Assembly: GCA_035084275.1 (NCBI GenBank)
Contig: CM068755.1
Span: forward strand, 9,982,001-10,046,000
Direction of reading: 5' to 3'
DNA length: 64,000 nt
DNA from: Hydrolagus colliei
Taxonomy: Eukaryota
Below, piece by piece: positions 60,837 to 64,000 of this stretch. The notes under the pieces were generated by a model. It saw nothing but the letters and a program-made list of their open reading frames with translations, had not been told where the DNA came from and ran no database searches. How positions within the stretch are numbered: the stretch's first letter is position 1; the number at the start of each line of letters is the position of its first letter. Made by a program: the position numbers and the translations under genes.

Positions 60837-63156
60837 AAGATCAATAACTTCTTACTTGGTCAACTATGAACAACAGGTGGCATCCCCCCTTGTGCAGAAC
60901 ACAATGATTTGTCGGGTGAAGACATAAAGGCCATCAGGGTATTCTCAGCTAACTTACTCTCTCCTTTCCCCTTTCGAATTCTCAAAATGTAGTCTTTGCA
61001 TCTAATTAGCCCTGTCATTAGCTTTACATGTCAATTCATCTTGCTAAGATGCAGTTTCACGTAATTAATATACATGCTCTGTCACTGGCTGCACATGGTT
61101 TGTTAGTCTAATGAAGCCAATACCTGGTACCCAATGAAAATATTTTAAAACCCATGTATTGCTTATTTTTGCTTATATCTCATTTGCAAATATAACTGGA
61201 GTTTTTCGACAGCTGGGTATGTTACCCATTGATTTGTTTCAGTTAACTGCTTTCAAATGCGTGGAATGCCCAGCTTTATTATACAGTGACTCCTGTACTT
61301 CTCTTATGCAATGGCAGACAAATGCTCATCTTACTCCACAGAAGTCCCCAGATGAGGATTAGAAAGAGACAGTGAGGTAAAGATTCCAGTTACTCTTATC
61401 ATTTGTTTTATTTACGTACTTGGTAGTGAATCGCCATGAATTTGGGTGCTAACTGCCACCAGACTTGTAGCATAAAAGGGCATTTTACACTGGAAGTGAG
61501 GGGAGAACTTAAAAGAGCATCATTGGTCAGGCATTAAACAGTAAGTAATGGCCTTCCGATCTCGTAGTTAAGATTCCAGTGTAAGCACTAGTTTGGCTGT
61601 TCGATGCATCAGTTGGTTTGTTGGAGGAATAACCATTTTCAAAGTGTAATTTGTTGAATTTGTATTAGTTACCTTTTCAGACCCATTTCTCTGTTATCAT
61701 TGCTTTCCGTGAGATAAGTGATCCTGCACAATGTTGCCTTTTGAGACGGATAAAATGCACTGCGAGAGCATTCAGTGTATATACCACATTCATCTACTAT
61801 TAGACAAACCTATAACCAAGCAGCTTGTTTTTTTGCTAAATGGGTTGTGGAGCATATTTTCCTTCACCAGTTTGCACGGGATAAGGTAAAAGCTCTTTCT
61901 GAGCCATAACAATCTTGTGGGCTAATGGTTAAAAATTGCCTCAGATTCACTTTGTAAGCCAATCGTGTGCGCATGTCGACAGTTCTTAACTTGGAATTGC
62001 TACTTAGGTCTCACTGCAAAAGATTTACTTTCTCATATGAACATCTAATACTGACCTTAAACTGAAATTATAGAGTTACCCTCCACTGTTGTTGAGATAC
62101 TGCTGTAATACAACCATTAGTATAGGAGAGGATAAATGAGTGAGGAAGAAAGCTTTGATTAACTCTGCTTACCTTAGTCTTCCTCATTTTGCTGTAGTTT
62201 ATTCTCTATGTAGTTTGCAGCCCTTGAAAATCTCTGTATTTTGTAATGTTTTCATTACTCAAAAGTTATCAGTGGTGATTTGGTTGGGAAGAACAGGAGA
62301 TTGATCCTACAATGTGTCCTATAAAGCCTAGAGATGAAGTGTAAAGGAGGAGAAAGGAGAAGTGCAAAATGTTTGCCATTGTCTTTTGTAATTGTTATCC
62401 AAAGAGTATGATACTATACATTGCATTTGATTAGATACAGTGGATCTTTATAGACTTTACATTGCATTACACAAGGGAACCATCTGAATTCAGGAATTCA
62501 TTACACAGGAGAAAGGAATGGGAAATGGTCTTGGTTGGTAGTACAGTAACAGTTATGTAGTTCTAATATCTGAAAGGAACCTATCAGACACTATCAATAA
62601 GCAAAGGTCTATTGTCTATGCAGTTTATTGAGCCGTATGGAATTCAACAGCTGGGGAAATGTCTTTAACTAAGGCCAATGACTGTGTTGCCAAGCGAGAC
62701 TCTAGATTGCTGACCCTTGTGTAATTCATTGTATAGTAGAAATAGCGCTTACCATTCTGTGATTGATGGTGCTATTGAAAAGTGATTTTCTTGTAAACTA
62801 TTAGTGACTTCCCACATCTGACGGATGAGAACAGGAACAGTGAGCAATAAAATCTGTCATGTTTGGGGAGTGAGGTACAACTGACTGCTTGCTCTACTGC
62901 TGCTGATAGGATGACATTGCAGTGACCAGAGACACTGGCAGGAGAAAAGATTTGTAATTTAAGTGAAGTGCAAATAGTTTAGCATAGTTATACATGTACC
63001 ATTGTGTCGAATGGTGGATCTTTAATGGATGAGCATTATGTAATATAATCATAGTACTCAAGCCTTAACAGTACCTCAGAACCGTAATCACATTTTAGCT
63101 ATGTAGGAAACAGAAACAGGAGGAGACTGTTCAGTCCCAATCTCCAACAGTTTATC

Positions 63157-63270
63157 ATAATAATAACGATAATCATCCTTGCATTTGGTATCATGCTTTA
63201 TTGAGATATCTCAAACCATTTCACAGAATGAATTGTAAAGTATATTGCCTGTGTATTTTATGTCCGAAAC
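63157..63270 (-). mobile_element. SINE 3' fragment
   Basis: atccttgcatttggtat...gagatatctcaaa...ttcacagaat...tgtaaagt. Confidence 0.7.
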
Positions 63271-63354
63271 GCTTTATTAAATCATGGTAGATTTTTGAAT
63301 GCCTTTCACCATGCCTCTTTTGACATCTACTATCTGAGTATCAGTTTAAATGGA

Positions 63355-63710
63355 TGTCAGCCTAGCTAAATTGGTAGTAAGAGTAGCTTCTGAATCAGAA
63401 GGCTGTGGGTTCAAGACCCTTGTCAAAAGTTTGAACCTTCATAGTCTAGACTAGACGCATTGATCAGGGTATGCTTTAAAATGGACAGGATTTCCTCCCA
63501 GTGTCCTGGCCAACAATCCCTCAGATTAATTTATCATTTACTTCACGACTGTTTAGTTGCTTTGTACAAATTGGCTGCCATGTTTGTCTACAAAATATAT
63601 AGTCACTAGACTTTACAATAAATCCACTTTACTCTTTATTCTGTGAAGCGCTTTGAGACGTCTCGAAGATGTGATAAGGTGCTATATCACATGCGAGGAT
63701 TATTCTTATT
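63355..63710 (+). mobile_element. Deu-SINE with internal deletion and well-preserved tail
   Basis: Head ttggtag...tctgaatcagaaggctgtgggttcaag, gtgtcctggccaaca, aaattggctgccatgttt, tail tgtgaagcgctttgagacgtctcgaagatgtgataagg. Confidence 0.85.
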
Positions 63711-64000
63711 GTTCACCTGTGGTTTAAAACTACCAGCAGTTGGTGGGCTGCATGTGGATAGGATACCATGTAATTCTTTCCAAGATCTGCTGCTCACGTT
63801 TATTTCTATCAATATATTTCAGAATGTTCGGGATCAGAGTGAATGATAAATTTGTGTGGTTTAGGCACATGATGTACATCAGGAAGTGTTTTAATTTCTG
63901 CAGTCTCCTATGGCATGGTGCCAGCTGTATAATTAATTTTCTATAATTGTACATTAATTTGTATTTATTCACGTAATATGTGTGTTTTAAGATAATTTGC

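Noticed and set aside
1-64000. CRISPR array, operon, retron or other prokaryotic RT system
   Set aside because: The sequence is vertebrate. Recurring hairpins are dispersed retroposon tails, not regularly spaced repeats, and the RT is an L2 LINE fragment.

Overview
This is vertebrate nuclear DNA, not prokaryotic. The repeat landscape (L2 and CR1 LINE remnants, tRNA-headed SINEs with L2-type tails, SacSINE1-like Deu-SINEs) suggests a cartilaginous fish such as a chimaera or shark; that assignment is inference. The only convincing host gene is the forkhead transcription factor foxb1, a single coding exon on the minus strand (45618-46559, 313 aa). It sits in a ~20 kb CpG-rich domain (~36.7-57.3 kb) where I recognise no transposons, but many G/C-runs, microsatellites and homeobox/Fox/Sox/RFX motif clusters resembling conserved developmental enhancers. 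The flanks are an AT-rich gene desert with roughly 30 SINE/LINE fragments. One young 5'-truncated L2 copy (57305-58424, minus) has an open RT C-terminal frame, a SADD variant of the catalytic YADD motif and a fold-back at its 5' junction. Almost all other ORFs in the track are spurious. I find no solid evidence of a new biological system. The best leads are the shared L2/SINE 3' stem-loop, an apparently chimaeric SINE family, the L2 junction fold-back and the transposon-free regulatory domain. Repeat boundaries were read by eye and are approximate.
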